Positions 34,300 through 48,869 of a stretch of 64,000 nt of DNA are shown piece after piece; the first letter of the stretch is position 1; the number at the start of each line of letters is the position of its first letter. The notes below the pieces were generated by a model that was not told where the DNA came from, ran no database searches, and worked only from the letters and a program-made list of their open reading frames with translations. A program made the translations under genes and the position numbers. Source of the stretch: the human T2T-CHM13v2.0 reference genome, Homo sapiens; assembly GCF_009914755.1 (NCBI RefSeq), contig NC_060927.1. One strand, 5' to 3'.

Positions 34300-34490
34300 A
34301 ACACTATTATCTCTTGAAGCTCATATACCCTACGAGGTAGACAATGCAGATAGATACAGTGATTCTCATTCCACACGTGAAGAAACTGATTTTCAGAGAC
34401 TAATTTGCCCAAGGTCACACAACAAATCAAGGTAGAAGCAAAACTTGAACCAATGTCTTCCAGTGTCCAGTTCAGCACTTTTCAACCATG
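34300..34490 (-). mobile_element. MIR
   Basis: gaagaaactga...taatttgcccaaggtcacaca...cttgaaccaatgtct. Confidence 0.75.
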
Positions 34491-35185
34491 CCCTTCTTGA
34501 CTAAGGAGTCCGTTTTAAATATATGCTTTCCCAATGCCCATTGATACAGACTTTCTCCCACTTTCCTACCATTTCTCCAACTGTTCCTTTTTTCTCTCTG
34601 CTTACCGTCCTTGTTCTGTCCCCTAAATATAGACCTTCAACTGTTTGCCTTTTCTTTTTGTAACTCATCCCACTAGATGGGTCTCATCCATTTTCATAGC
34701 CTCTATGAAGACAATGAAGACAATTCCCAAACCTACTGGTTCCAGTCTACACCTTAAACTCCAATGCCACATGTCCATTCAACAACTAGTCACCAAACAC
34801 CAAGTGTGTTCTAGGTACAGTGTTAGTTTTTTTGTGGATGATGCTATGAACAAGAGAATAAAAGTTTCTGCCTTCATGAAGCTTGCAGTCTAGAAGGGTT
34901 GAAATAATTACTAGTAAGAAACAATTACTATGAACTGTATTATACCAAGGTCAAATAGAGAAGGACATTCAGAGGAAATGAGGTTGAAGTTTGGAAGCCA
35001 GATTTCTTTGAATAGGCTTCAGATTTTACTTTGGAACCACATAAACGTTTTATTCAAATGTAAAAAGGTTTTAGATAAACAATCTCTAAAAACAGATAAT
35101 TCAAAACTCCAAAATTTGAGTTTATATCCATAACAAGAAATACCTACAGACAAAAAAAACACAAAAAAATCTTTAGGCAATTCCC

Positions 35186-35580
35186 TGCTATGAGCTTAGT
35201 TTTGTCCCCCCAAAATTCATCTGCTAAAATCCTAATCCTCAGTACCTCAGAATGTGAATGTATTTACATAGGCCCTTTAAAGAGGTTATTAAGGCAAAAT
35301 GAGGTCATATGGGTGCGCCTAATCCAATACAATTGGTGTCCTGAGAAAAAGAGGAGGTTAGGACAAGAATGAGCATGTATCCAGCAGAAAGACCAGGTGA
35401 GGACACAGAGGGATAACAGCAGGAGTCTGGCAGCCAAGGAGCAAGGTCTCAGAAGAAACCAAACCTACTAACACCTTGATCTGGGACTTCTAGCCTCCAG
35501 AACTGAGAGAAAACAAAGTCCATCGTTCAAGCCACCTGGTCTGTGATACCTTGTTATGGCAGCCTCGGCAAATTAATACA
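35186..35580 (+). mobile_element. MLT1A-type MaLR solo LTR
   Basis: tgctatgagc...aattaataca termini; TSD (t/a)tccc. Confidence 0.88.
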
Positions 35581-35750
35581 ATCCCCATATTGTAGACTCT
35601 CTGATCATATCTCCTTCAGAACCCTTACCATATTGCAATTTATCTTTTATTCTTGTGATTTTGGATTGATATCTATCTCCCAGGCTATAAACTTCATGAG
35701 GACAGAAAGAGAGGGTGTTTCTCCAAAGTGCCTAGCAAACGGTTGGCTCT

Positions 35751-36514
35751 TGTGATGGTTTAAAAACACAACCTAAAAATTCTGTTACACTCCTCCCATT
35801 GAAAGGTAGGGTCCATGTGCCCTTCTCTTTAATTTGGGCTCTTAGACTTGACCCACAGAATATGACAGAAGTGATTTTTGACAGTTTCCAGGTCAAAGGG
35901 TTAAGAGAATTCCAGTTCCTCTCTCTTAGATACTCAGTCTTGGCGCCCACCCACCATGCTCTGAGGAAACTGGGCCGCACAGGGAGGCCATGTGTAGGTT
36001 CTGGCTGATGGTCCTCACTGTCAGTCCCAAACAATGCCAGCAACAACTGCCAGACATGTGAGTCAGGAATCCTTCCAGATGAATCCAGCTGCAGCTACCA
36101 TCTGGCTGCAACCACGAGAGACCCCAAGCAAGAAAAAAAAAAAAAAAAAGCCATGAGCGATAATAAAATTGTGTTTTGTTTTTGTTTTTGTTGTTGTTGT
36201 TGTTGTTGAGACAGAGTTTCACTCCGTCACTCAGGTTGGGGTGCAGCCGCGTGATCTCAGCTCACTACAACCTCTGCCCCCAAGTTGAAACAAGTCTCAT
36301 GCCTCAGTCTCCTGAGTGGCCGGGACTACAGGCACACACCACCACACCTAGCTAATTTTTGTATTTTTAGTAGAGACGAGGTTTCACCATGTTGGCCAGG
36401 CTGGTCTCAAACTCCTGGCCTCAAGTAATCCACCCACCTCGGTCTCCCAAAGAAATTGTTTCAAGTCACTATGTTTTGGGGTGATTTGCTATGCAGCAAC
36501 AAATGACCTAAATA
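35751..36514 (+). mobile_element. MLT1H-like MaLR LTR interrupted by an Alu
   Basis: tgtgatggtttaaaaa...cactcctcccattgaaaggt; 3' end ttttggggtgatttgctatgcagcaa. Confidence 0.78.
36172..36451 (-). mobile_element. AluS-like, 5'-truncated
   Basis: (TTG)n tail; ends at ggtctcccaaa. Confidence 0.92.
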
Positions 36515-37897
36515 GCATTCTATAAATAGTTGCTCAATAAAACACTTTCTAGGAATTTTCTACAAATGCTGCCCCTAAATGCTTTGGGATGTCTCTGCAA
36601 ATCTCAGCAAGTGACCATCACTCTACCTTTATTCTCTCACTGGTAGGCTCTCCAATTAAATATTCATTCAGGAAGCTCATAGCTAGGAAAGGAATCTTAC
36701 TGTTCAGTTTTGACCCTAAATACAGCCTAAGCTTTCAAAATGCAGTAAAGACAGAAAGTCCTAGAGAGAGAATAGCTTTCCAGGCCCCATTCCTTCTACT
36801 CCTGAGCCAGTTTCTGTTCATTGGCATTTGCAGCAGGCCCTGCTGTTTGTGGGCATAAAACATTCTGGTTGCTTGAGTGATGCAACATCACCCTGTCTTC
36901 TGCTTCCTCTCCCTGCCATACCAGCCTTAGCAAAGCTGCAGCCATCACCATGGAAACTAGCCCGGGAAGAAACTCAACATTCTTGGTCAAACCCTCCATG
37001 CTGTCACCCACAGGGAGCTCTGGAAAGAGAGCCTTGTATTTGAGTAAAAATGGTTCTTTCAGATTCTGGGAGGTAACCATTGTTTTCCCCCTATCAAGCT
37101 GCAACAGAGATTTTTTAAAAAAAGAAAAAAAAGAAAGAAACTCTTTTATTACAAAGTCCCTTCCAATATAATACTGGCTGTCTACCCTGTGGGAACTACT
37201 AAAACAAGTCAGACAGAAGCCTAAGCCCCAACAATTTTTGAGAACTGAGCTGATTCTACCACTAACCGAGAAGGGCAGAGATACATAATAGTTAAGCACA
37301 AGGCTTAAGAGCCAAAGAGACCTCAGTTCAAGTCCTGGCTCCATTACTCAGGACCTGGTAAGTTCATTCATTCATTTATGTATTCATTCAGTAAGTATTT
37401 TGTGTGTGCCTACTACGTCACAGGTAGTTTTGTCAAACACTGAGAAAACCCTGGGGTACAAAACAGACATGGTTCCTAAACATTTACTGCATGCCTGCTT
37501 CCTACCACCAGGCACTAATTTAGCTGCTGGGAAAACAAAGGTGAACAAAATAAAGTCCTTGAATTTAAAGAGCTTTCACTCCAATGCTGGAAAAAGAGGA
37601 AGAAAAGTTAAAATAAAATAACATTATTATAAGAACCACGAAGGGGACATACGAAAAGCTCAAACAAAAAAATCATAAAAAGCACCTGACTTTGGAACTG
37701 CGGTCAGAGCAGGCAATGTTGCTTGAACTCTTTAAGTCTTGGCTGCTCTATCTGTAAAACAGGCATGCCACCGCACTGGGTTGACGTAAGGGTTAAAATT
37801 AACCCATGTAAAGCGTGTTCACAGTGCTTGCATACACAGACGTTCCGTAACTGGCAGTTATTATCAATATGACACATGAAAGTGCCTTGAGTGACTC

Positions 37898-38341
37898 TTG
37901 TAGGGAGAGGCATTCCTCCAATGGCCCTGACCCCTGAATGTTCCTGCAAAGAACACTAAGGCCTGAACACCCTCTGCCTGGACCACTGCTTGGGGTTATG
38001 TTCGCAGTGAACAATCTTGAGAGATGAGGTAATGTCTCCATCCAGGAAAGAGCAGGCTTGCAGTACAAGAGGCAGATTCCCCCAGCTCAGGGTTTCTCAG
38101 TGGCAAAGCAAACTCAGTGTGTACAATCTCCACCTGGGCCCCTTCGAATCACCCTCCTCAGGATTTGGGGAGCATGGGAGCCTACGTAAACATGATGCTC
38201 ATGCCACTTGTTGTGCTGTGAGCAATAACAGCCTTTATCTCTGACCCAAGAGTCTCATGTTGGTTGCCAGCATGCATGAAACTGTATAATAGGCTAAATT
38301 ATTAGCTTGTAAGTAGGGTTAAAAAAAACCGAAGCCTGATA
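37898..38341 (+). mobile_element. LTR40-like ERVL solo LTR
   Basis: tctctgacccaagagtctcatgt...gccagcatgcatgaaactgt...attagcttgtaagtagggt matches recalled LTR40 3' half. Confidence 0.7.
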
Positions 38342-38802
38342 CTGTCTCTTAAGAATCATCAGTGAGCCTCAATTTAGCTTTCTACAGGTAAATCAAGTCC
38401 TCAATCATTTCTTCCCTGACATCACAGTCTCTTTTAAGGACAACTCTTAAGTGCCATTATCATAAAATGAACACACACACACCCCCCACAACACCAATTT
38501 AAATCATCTGAAATTTCTGTTTACCACTGTGACCAAGCCTGGCAGTTTCTTCTGTTCCTCACTACAGGAAAAATAGTATAGATATTAATGATGGTGTCTT
38601 GCTCTCCCCGAAACTCAGAAGGAGCAGGGACCACAGACACAGGTTTAGAATCTGGACAAAGGATGGTGACAAAGATATAAGATGGGTGGGATGGGGAGAG
38701 GGGTAGAGATGGTGGGGGGTGGGATGGCCAAAGAATCATACAAAAAAAGAAGGTGGGAAATCTAAATGTGGTGTAGTATACAGATTTGCTTTCAAAGTGA
38801 AG

Positions 38803-38843
38803 ACTTACCTAGGAAGAAAAACGACCTCAGACATTTTAATCAG
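38803..38843 (-). promoter_or_regulatory. Candidate recursive splice site (3'ss fused to 5'ss)
   Basis: Minus strand reads ctgattaaaatgtctgaggtcgtttttcttcctag|GTAAGT. Confidence 0.35.
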
Positions 38844-40610
38844 CAATGCTTTGCAAAAAGGCATTTTCTCAAGGGTATATCACTCTCATCAGATGCTAAA
38901 TTGGTGTAACAATTTTCTGCATCCCAAATTAAAGTAAAAAATGCACAAACAACAATTATAGTTTTTGCAGGTCATAAACATTTTCTTGGTCCCCTTATAG
39001 CATTTTCATCCTTCTCTCCAGGTCAGGATTTTGATTTTTTGTTTTGGTTTTAGTAATACAGGTGTAAGTTCAATTTGCTATTTCTTGCTATATATGCCAA
39101 AAGCTCAGAATTTGAAATGCATTTTTAATTAAGCATACTGCTGGGAGTTTGGAAATTCCAGTTGGACCAGCATTTGTCTATTTCATCTTGACTGCAGAAA
39201 TCAACATTGCTTTCCTCTCTGATTACCACTTACTCCTAGGGGTCACGTGCACAATCCAGGGAAGGAAATGGCAGGTACAAAAAGACACGTACACACAAGC
39301 ACCACCGTTTCAGACACACATTTTGTTTGTTTAAAAAAGAAATCACTTGGGGAAAGGAAGCAGATTTATCACTTCTCTCAGGCACTCGCCATGCTGTGGA
39401 ATTATTTCATGTGAAAGATAATTGCATCAATGAAATATTTATGTGCACTCATTATAGGAAAACACTTCATTTTATAACCAAAAATTTGTGCTGCTTAAGT
39501 AAAAAAGCAGGAAGAGTTTAGGTTGTAGAATTCCTTCCGTTTTGGATTTGTAAATTTGTAAATTTAGTAAACCAAAGCCAAGACAGCTGCACATCTCAGT
39601 TGAGATGTTCCTTGGAGCAACAGAGGTGTTGGAAGTGGTTTGTTGAAGTAGAGCTTTCAAAAAGTTTGTGTTACAATCAAAGGTATCCGAGACTCAGTTC
39701 TGTATTCTAAGGCCTGTGAAAACAAACAATTATATTCCAAAAAAATCGTTTACAAAATTAAACCATTCGAGCCCCCTCAAATTGTTTTAAAGGCATCCTC
39801 TTATCCTCAACTTAGGAACTGATGTATTAGACACCATCTTCTTAGGACTGAGACACTGTATCAGATTCAGGACTAGCCTAAGGATCTGGGATAGTTTCAC
39901 ACAGAGAATGATACAGGGACTGTTGTGTATGCTACAGGCCAGCTGATTGTAATCCCAAAGGGATTTGTGTAATCTGTTAGAAAACACACAGACCTCAGAA
40001 TACATGAGGCTGTGAACATAAATATATTTCATCCTGAGAAACTGCTCTGAGAAGGAAAATAAAAATAATAAATTCTTCTCCATCTAGGATAGATTTATCA
40101 GTCACTTACCTCGATGTGCAGTGCACAAAAATGAGGGGAAGGGAAGAGCAGCAATTAGGCCGACACAAAGGCAGACTATCTTATTTCACAGAGTGGTAGG
40201 AACAGTGGGGAACAGCAATTCCTTTCTTGCTACCTGACTCTGAAATTCCCAGCTCTTTAAAATCACTTAATTGCTTATCTTTGCAGGGAATGTTTACTTC
40301 CTTTCTCAGTATTCTCTCTCCCAAAGCTCTGCCTAACAATTCTTGTGGTAGTTTCTAATAACTCTTCTTCATGGGACCCAAGATAAAACGAAAGAATAAA
40401 CTCTGCATTCAATGAGTACACATGGAGGACCCATCACTGACCAGGCTTTGTGTTAGGTGCTAGGGGTTTTAAAAAATCAGCCTATGAACTGCAGCATGAT
40501 TTAAAAAGTGGTTTTCCAAACTATGTCACAGTTTATCACAAAATCTTAGTTGCAGCAACTGGAAGTCAAATCAACTTGCTCAAGCCAAAAAGAAAAATAT
40601 TGGTGAATGT

Positions 40611-40840
40611 TGTAGGCAGAATAATGGCTCCCCAAATACGTCCTCATCCTGCTCTGCAGGATCTGTGAATATGTTCCCTTACATGGCAAAAGTGACTTTG
40701 CCGATATGATTAAGTAAAGGACCTTGAGATGGAGAGACAATCCTGGATTATCTGGATGGGCAAATCACATGAATCTTTTAAAAGAGGAGGCCTTTTCCTG
40801 GCTTTAGTCAGAGAAATATATATGATAACAGAAGCAGGCT
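40611..40840 (+). mobile_element. MLT1D-like LTR 5' fragment
   Basis: tgtaggcagaataatggctcccc...ttacatggcaaaagtgactttgc...tcctggattatctggatggg. Confidence 0.8.
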
Positions 40841-40925
40841 CATCTAAAAGACAGTGAAAGAAAGTTAATATAGGACAAACAACCGAGAAGTCAAAGAGCT
40901 GTCTTCAAACCCAGTTAGACTCAAC

Positions 40926-41356
40926 CAGTGGTTCTCAACTGGGAACAGTTTTGTCCCTTAGGAAACATGTGGCAATACCTGAAAACATGTCTGATGATCA
41001 CAACTAGGGTTGGGGGAATGTGTTACTGGCACCCAGTAGGTAGAGGCAATTCCTTTCACAGAACATGTTTCCAGCACGAGATGGAGATGAAGCAATCTTT
41101 GAACAGGCATATCAATATACACTTTAGTTACATACTAGTAATGCATCTTGCCTTTAAGTTATTTCACATTTTCATGACTCTGGTATAAACAGTCGAAGTA
41201 GCCTGTGATGAAAGATGACAAAGATTTCAGAGCACGTTCTCAGATCAAATTATTACAGGATTCACGTACAAATATATGTGCCTAGAAACTGATATAACAC
41301 TGAGGACAACATAAAAACGGAGATGAAAACATCTTGCAATATCTAGACATTCCCCT
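40926..41356 (+). mobile_element. MER20 interrupted by a templated insertion
   Basis: cagtggttctcaactggg...cccagtaggtagaggc, resuming as aaacatcttgcaatatctagaca after 41329. Confidence 0.75.
41046..41329 (+). repeat. 284-bp local duplicate of 42017-42418 lacking 42093-42210
   Basis: Direct alignment by eye; 5 substitutions counted. Confidence 0.96.
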
Positions 41357-42914
41357 ATAGCTTCAAGCTCAAAACTTTCCATTCCAGGAATCACTTCTTA
41401 GATAGGTCTGGCAAAAGCCCTTGAGTTGATTCTGATTGGTCCAGCTTAGACCACCCTCTGAATCCTGAACTAATCACAGTGGCCATGAGGATGGAGCACT
41501 ACCCTAAGTGCCCAAGCTTGGTCATCTGCCCTCCCCTAGGGCCAAAAGTGCTGAATCAGCTCCAGCTCCACATAAACCTACTGTAATAGCAGAGTGTGGT
41601 CACCAAGAGCAAACAACATAAGAAAGATTTTTTTCCCCCAAGCTTCTACTACCATGGTAGATTCTGTCTAACCAAGTGGGCAGAGTTACTGTGGAAGGTT
41701 TTTATGAACATTCTATAACATCTTCCATGCAGAAATCCCTGTACCTACACTCGGGACCTTGAATTGATTGGTCTGTGACTCTAACTCCTGATAAGGTGTT
41801 CTACAAGGTCACAGTGACATACAACTGATAGGCTATGTCGTCTGTGGTTAATGTGACATCATACTGGTCAACACAAACTTTTTTTTTTAGAGAAAGCCAT
41901 GACCGGGCATTCTAACAGCAGAAGCAAGTTACCCAGTATTGCCAGAAACATTTTGGCTGGACCTAAGAGATAGCTTCCTAAGATGATGAAAAAAAGGATA
42001 ACGGTGAGAACTTTTTGCAATTCCTTTCACAGAACGTGTTTCCAGCACGAGATGGAGATGAACCAATCTTTGAACAGCCATATCAATATACATTTGAGAA
42101 CAGAAATGACCTCGTGCCCCAGTGCAAATCCTACAATGTTGTACCTTTGCTCTATCTTTTCCAATCTACTTCTATCACACTTCTATTCTCTGCAAATCAC
42201 AGGCGGTTCACTTTAGTTACATACTAGTAATGCATCTTGCCTTTAAGTTATTTCACATTTTCATGACTCTGGTATAAACAGCCGAAGTAGCCTGTGATGA
42301 AAGATGACAAAGATTTCAGAGCACGTTCTCAGATCAAATTATTACAGGATTCACGTACAAATATGTGTGCCTAGAAACTGATATAACACTGAGGACAACA
42401 TAAAAACGGAGATGAAAAAAAATCCCTTTTCATATGAATCTCCCAGAAACAACATATTTGTCACATTTGTATTTAAATTTCCCAAGGCAGGTATCATGAG
42501 GCATCCTTTACAGATTTCCATCTGGTCTTTCCAATTGGGCTGAGGTATTTTTCCTTCTTTTGTTTCCTTCCTCCCTTCCTTTCAAAAAGCACTAAAAGAA
42601 AAGGTCAATTCCCTTTTCCTGCCCTCTCTCTGCTCCTCACCACAGCCTATATGTTGTTTTTCAGAACTTCTACCCAGTAGCACATAACCCTACCAAAAAA
42701 AAAAAAAAAAAAGACACAAAGCAAACGCCCTAAATTGTTGAATACTAAAAACAATAAAAAAACATTTGAAAAATAACTTTTTAAACCAAAACATTGTGTA
42801 TTAATAACAAAAGCATCAGAAGACAGATAAATACAAAGAGATCCACAAACAGCAGTCTAACTACATAAATGTAACCAAGACACTGCTATAGATTTATTTG
42901 AATTGGGCTTATAT

Positions 42915-43020
42915 GGATATATATTACATACAATACACACATACATATATATACACATATATGTGTGTGTGTGTGTGTGTATATACATATATATATATCT
43001 GGGCTTACCATATATACATT
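42915..43020. repeat. Compound (TA)n/(CA)n/(TG)n microsatellite
   Basis: Read directly. Confidence 0.9.
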
Positions 43021-43194
43021 TTTGTAGAATGTGGATATTATACAATGTTTAATGTATATATATTTTAAATTAAAAATATTATGTATGATTTTTTTAACTT
43101 GCTTTCTACAATTTACATCATACATTGTGAACACTGTTATATATAAATAAATATTCATCTATAACATCATTGTTAATGCATAGTATTTTATTAG

Positions 43195-43553
<359 letters not shown>

Positions 43554-44408
43554 TGACAGCAGTGTCAAACTTAAAAATGTTACAATTCAGATGCACAAAA
43601 CAAATGCAACTTCTTAATTGTCTATAGTTTATTTAACCTTCCTTAAGAGCTCTTACCCTGACAGGTAGCGGAGTAGTGCTAAGTTATTGTTGACAGTATC
43701 TCAATTTCTTGTGTTTTAAATGGAGTCTTTGGGTGAAGTCACTGGAATGTAAGTTCCACGAAGGCAAGGATTTTTTTCAGTTTCATTTCCTGCTGTATTC
43801 CCAGTATCTACAGTAGTGCCAGGCATAGGGTAAGTGTTGGATTAATATATTTTAAATGAACAAATCCATCTCTTTTTTTTAATGTGAATGCAAATCCTCC
43901 CTACAATGACATCCAGGTATCTGGGAGGCTCACACAATCTTGTGGCAGTAGGAAGAGGGGTCCTGTGCTGGTCACCGAGTCCTCTGCTCTCTCTGCTGTG
44001 AAGTACCTTACCTGCCAGGTTACCCAGTGTATGCCCCATGGGCATCTGACACTGAAGCCTACCCTGGAAGACTTGGCTCTGTTCTCCAGGCTTGGACTGA
44101 GTGCTACGTTCTCTCTTACCAATTCCATCCTAATTTAACCCCCTCAAATTCTGATGAACCTCTGGGCCTCAGTCCCATCCCCTAACCAATCCTTGACTTA
44201 GCCCATCTTAGCCTGTACTTCTAGAATGTTAGCTCACCATCACTAAAGCATCACCCATGGTAAGCTCACAGGCTCTCTCCTCAGGACCTTATACATCCCC
44301 CAAGAAACACGTAAAGCTTCCCTTTCATACCAAGTGGGAGATGAGGAAGTTCAGGATAGATAGATCTCTCAGGCCTTCGCTCTGCCTGAGCCTGATATGC
44401 TCTTATTC

Positions 44409-44724
<316 letters not shown>

Positions 44725-45019
44725 ATTCTCCTAAACTTACCGAGCTGCTGTTAACCTGTCTTGGTATGGGATGGCCCTGCAGTGTAGCCTTCCTAGAGTT
44801 CCAGAGGTAGTGAGACCAACGCCCTATTGCTTTTAACTAATATGTTTGCCACCACTCCCAGCATACACTGGAATTCTGACTCCAGGGTATAACATAACAC
44901 ACACACATACATATTTTGTTACTTCCCTCCCTTTCCATCTTCCTTGATCCCCACACTCCACTAGGCCCGAAGGGCTGGGCTCCATGTCACTCTACCTCTT
45001 CTGAGGCAGGGACTTCCCT

Positions 45020-45145
45020 TACTTATAATTCATCATCCAAACCAGGATGCATTTGAGAGTAAAAGGGGTGCTACTGATAATTAGGTCAGGATAAGGTGCA
45101 TGAATTAGAGCTGTCCTAAGCAAGCTAGTAAGTGTGGTCACCCTA
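45020..45145 (+). mobile_element. MER94-like hAT element
   Basis: tataattcatcatccaaaccaggatgcatttgagagtaaaagggg...tgtggtcacccta. Confidence 0.65.
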
Positions 45146-46021
45146 GTTACATTAAACTTGACATTCAAGTTCACCACTGGGCCTTGTTCTTGATATGCTA
45201 ATGTAGGCTTAAGGGATTTAGAAAATCTTATTTTGGTAGACAAAACTTAAGCACTGACTCCTTCCTGCCTTCCTGCTTTAAGAATCATAATCCCTTGAGG
45301 CAAATGGATGCCTCTGGGTGTTGGGAAAGAAGGTCATTTACACAGAAATGTAAAAGAGAAAAACATATTAATGTACTCGAAAATACTACTCCTCTTATTT
45401 ATGCTACTCCAAAGAATGTGACAATGAACACTTATGGAATTAAATCATTGCACACTGTCTCAGTTGGTTTCCTTAAAATGGCTGTTTCTGTTTGTATGTT
45501 TTGTTTTGTTTTTTGTTTTTTTTTTTCAAGTAAGCTTACATAGACTTGATTTCTAATTCTGGAGGTCGACTAAGGAATCTGTAATTCCCTACTTTCCCAG
45601 TGTGTCTCAACTCTGGGCTCTCGACTATCCAGTTTCTTCTTCCTGGAATGTCCTCCCACATTCTCACTCTGCCCTTACAAGTCTTGCTTTCCACTATGAG
45701 TTCCCTGTTGCTGACCTCCTTCCCTCCTCCAATCCTACTACTCAGGGTCAGTTGCTCTTTCCACAGTGCTCTCACAGTAGAGCAAGTTCCATGGCTTAAG
45801 AACTGAGTCAACCAATTCGTGCAGCAGTCTTGAGAGGTAGGTGGAATATTTCTACTTTGAATATCAGGAAACTAAACTTAGTATGTCGTGATACAAGTAC
45901 TCACCACAGTTGATTTGTCACTATCCACCTTACCTAGATTTGTTTAAGAATTAAATGACCTAGTGAATGGGAAAACTCTGGGAAACAGATGAGAAGCCGG
46001 ACAATAAAAAAATTACTTTGG

Positions 46022-46334
<313 letters not shown>

Positions 46335-48291
46335 TCATCTTCTTTCTACATGGTTGTTAAACTCTGTGATAACAAAGACTAAATTTTATCTAAATCATAA
46401 AATATTAGTGTGACATGAAAGCCTCAAGAAATTATGAACAACGTTAGCAGAAGTTTCACATGAGCAAATTTAGCCCTCCATAGGCCCACATTTCTGTAAA
46501 GGAACAAAAGAAACACCCTGTGAGTTTCCAGCCACTTCTGTTTCTAACGGTGAATACTTGTGGGGGTAGGGGAGGGGTGGAGGGGCTGGAGGGAACTTGA
46601 ATACTACCTTTGATTTTTATAGATACAAGATGTAGATATCTGTTGTAGTAAAAAAAAAAAAAAGTCACAAATGAGAATTTGGAGCTCAAAGATCACTGAG
46701 AAGGAGCAATGATATTAGGACATCCCTCATGGACTTAGGTTGCCCGGACTGTCATCATACAGGTCAGAAAAAGATGTCAGGAAGGCGCAATGGAGAACCT
46801 GCCTTAGAGTCTGAACTAGTGGCCAGTGCTCAACAAAACCTAGATGAACTAAGAAGAGACACAGTTCAGGTCAGAGTGCAGCTAGGAGTGAAACCCCTTG
46901 TGGCACTGTGGGTACACCTCGGAGGAAGTGTGTGTGTTTATAAGCATCTTGTGTCTACAAGAGCATCTTGTGTCCATAAGCTTATTGAAGAAAAGAGCTA
47001 CATCACCAAGATGCTTCAATCCTGGACTTTTCATGCAGAACATCCAGTATCTGGAAGGTGTTAAGAGTTTCCCCACCCCAAAGTAGCTCCAAAAGAAAGG
47101 TGACAATCTCTAGGGGCAGAAATAATAGCAAGAGCCATCTCTTGGCACCTCTGGCTGTAGAATCTCCTCAAGCAGCAGTTTTCAAAGTTTCAGGACTCAT
47201 TTATACTCCTCAAAATTATTCCTTTCCAGTCCTTTCCCTGCTCATGGTGTTTGTCACAAAGGGGACTGAGTTCTATAGATGTTATATGTGTAACATATCT
47301 AGCAACATCAGTCGACACAGATAATAAACTGGGATCTGTGTTTCCTCTACACATATGCTCCTCTTAAACAGTACATTCTCATTAACTTCAGAAAGTTAAC
47401 AACAACAAATGGCAAAATTAGTACTTTTGACATGTAAAAATGCACATCATAATCACAGTTTTGGTGGAGAACTTATGCTAAAGTGAGAGTGATCATCTTA
47501 ATTATATAGGAGGGTCTCATTAGAGCCTCAAGTATTTAATCTTTAGTGAGATTCAGCATGAGTGCAAGAGAACTTTGTGTGGAAATTAGCATGTTTGGGG
47601 ATTGGAAAAAGTAAAAATCTACTAGGTGTACCTGTGAACACACACATTTCAAAAATCCCATCAATTGCAGACACATACATCATCACTTCAAAGAAAGCAA
47701 CTTAATACTCTGAGCAAAGCATTGACAATGATATGCCTGAACAGACAGGTTTAATTAGCCCAAACACTGTGTGTCTTAAAAAAGGCAACACATGTCCTCG
47801 AGCTTTCTTCCACCTCAACAAGGCTTTATAAAAGCACATGTGTTTGTTTGTATATAAACTCACACTGTCCTGTGAAAATTATAATGTAGTCATGGAGAGG
47901 GATGCTAACAGAAATGGTTACCACAGCAACAAAAATCACCACCACACTAAAGATGTCTGATTCTGTTTCATCTCTCAGGTTTTTGTCAGAATGGCTTGCT
48001 CAAGTTATCCTTCAGCAGTCTAGAAGACAGCCCTTTCAGCATGGGACTACCATTATTCTCAATCACCTGAGCATAGCCATAACTTCACCTGAGTATAGTC
48101 ATAACTACAAAGTCTTTGGGTAGGAAATTTTACTGGATACCTGGATCAGATAAATCTATACTGCCCATTAGAATGGATGCTATCTGAAAAGAGGGCTTTT
48201 CCCGTTTTGTTCATTGGTGAGCCACTGTTATCTAGGATAATGCCCGACACATACTAGGTGCTCAACATTTGTTAAATATATAAATGATCAC

Positions 48292-48668
48292 TGTATTAGT
48301 CTGTTCTCATGCTGCTCTAAGGGCATACCTGAGACTGGGTAATTTACAAAGGAAAGAGGTTTAATTGGCTCACAGTTAAGCAAGACTTGGGAGGCCTCAG
48401 GAAACTTACAATTATGGCGGAAGGGGAAGCAAACATGTCCTTCTTCACATGGTGGCAGAAGAGAGAAGTGCAGAGCAAAGAGGGGAAGAGCACCTCATAA
48501 AACCATCATATCTCATGAGAACTCACTCACTATCATGAGAACCACATGGCCAAAATTGCCCCCATGATTCAATTACCTCCCACTGGGTCCCTCCCACAAC
48601 ACTCGGGGATTATGGGCACTACAATTCAAGACGAAATCTGGGTGGGGATACAAAGCCTAACCATATCA
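48292..48668 (-). mobile_element. THE1C/THE1D MaLR solo LTR
   Basis: tgtattagtctgttctca...aaccatatca, 377 bp; 5-bp TSD atcac at 48287-48291 and 48669-48673. Confidence 0.93.
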
Positions 48669-48869
48669 ATCACCATGAAAAACACAGCATAAATTAAAAT
48701 CCCAGCTGAAATCTCTCTATTTCATTTTTAAATCACAACACCCAGGATTTGAGTCAAAAAGACTCAATATTTCAATATGCTTAGAAGGAAACAACTCCAA
48801 ATGAGATTCCTTTGCAACACAGTTTGATTCTTTATCCCTTTCAGTTATAATTAAGTCATTCATTTGAAG

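Noticed and set aside
42093-42210. The 118 bp missing from the duplicate as a spliced intron (retrocopy origin)
   Set aside because: No GT-AG, GC-AG or AT-AC ends on either strand in any register; the copy has no poly(A) or TSD; a ca microhomology explains the skip.
46729-47064. 111-aa ORF with protein-like stretch ESELVASAQQNLDELRRD
   Set aside because: No family recognised, no acceptor upstream, and the remainder looks random.
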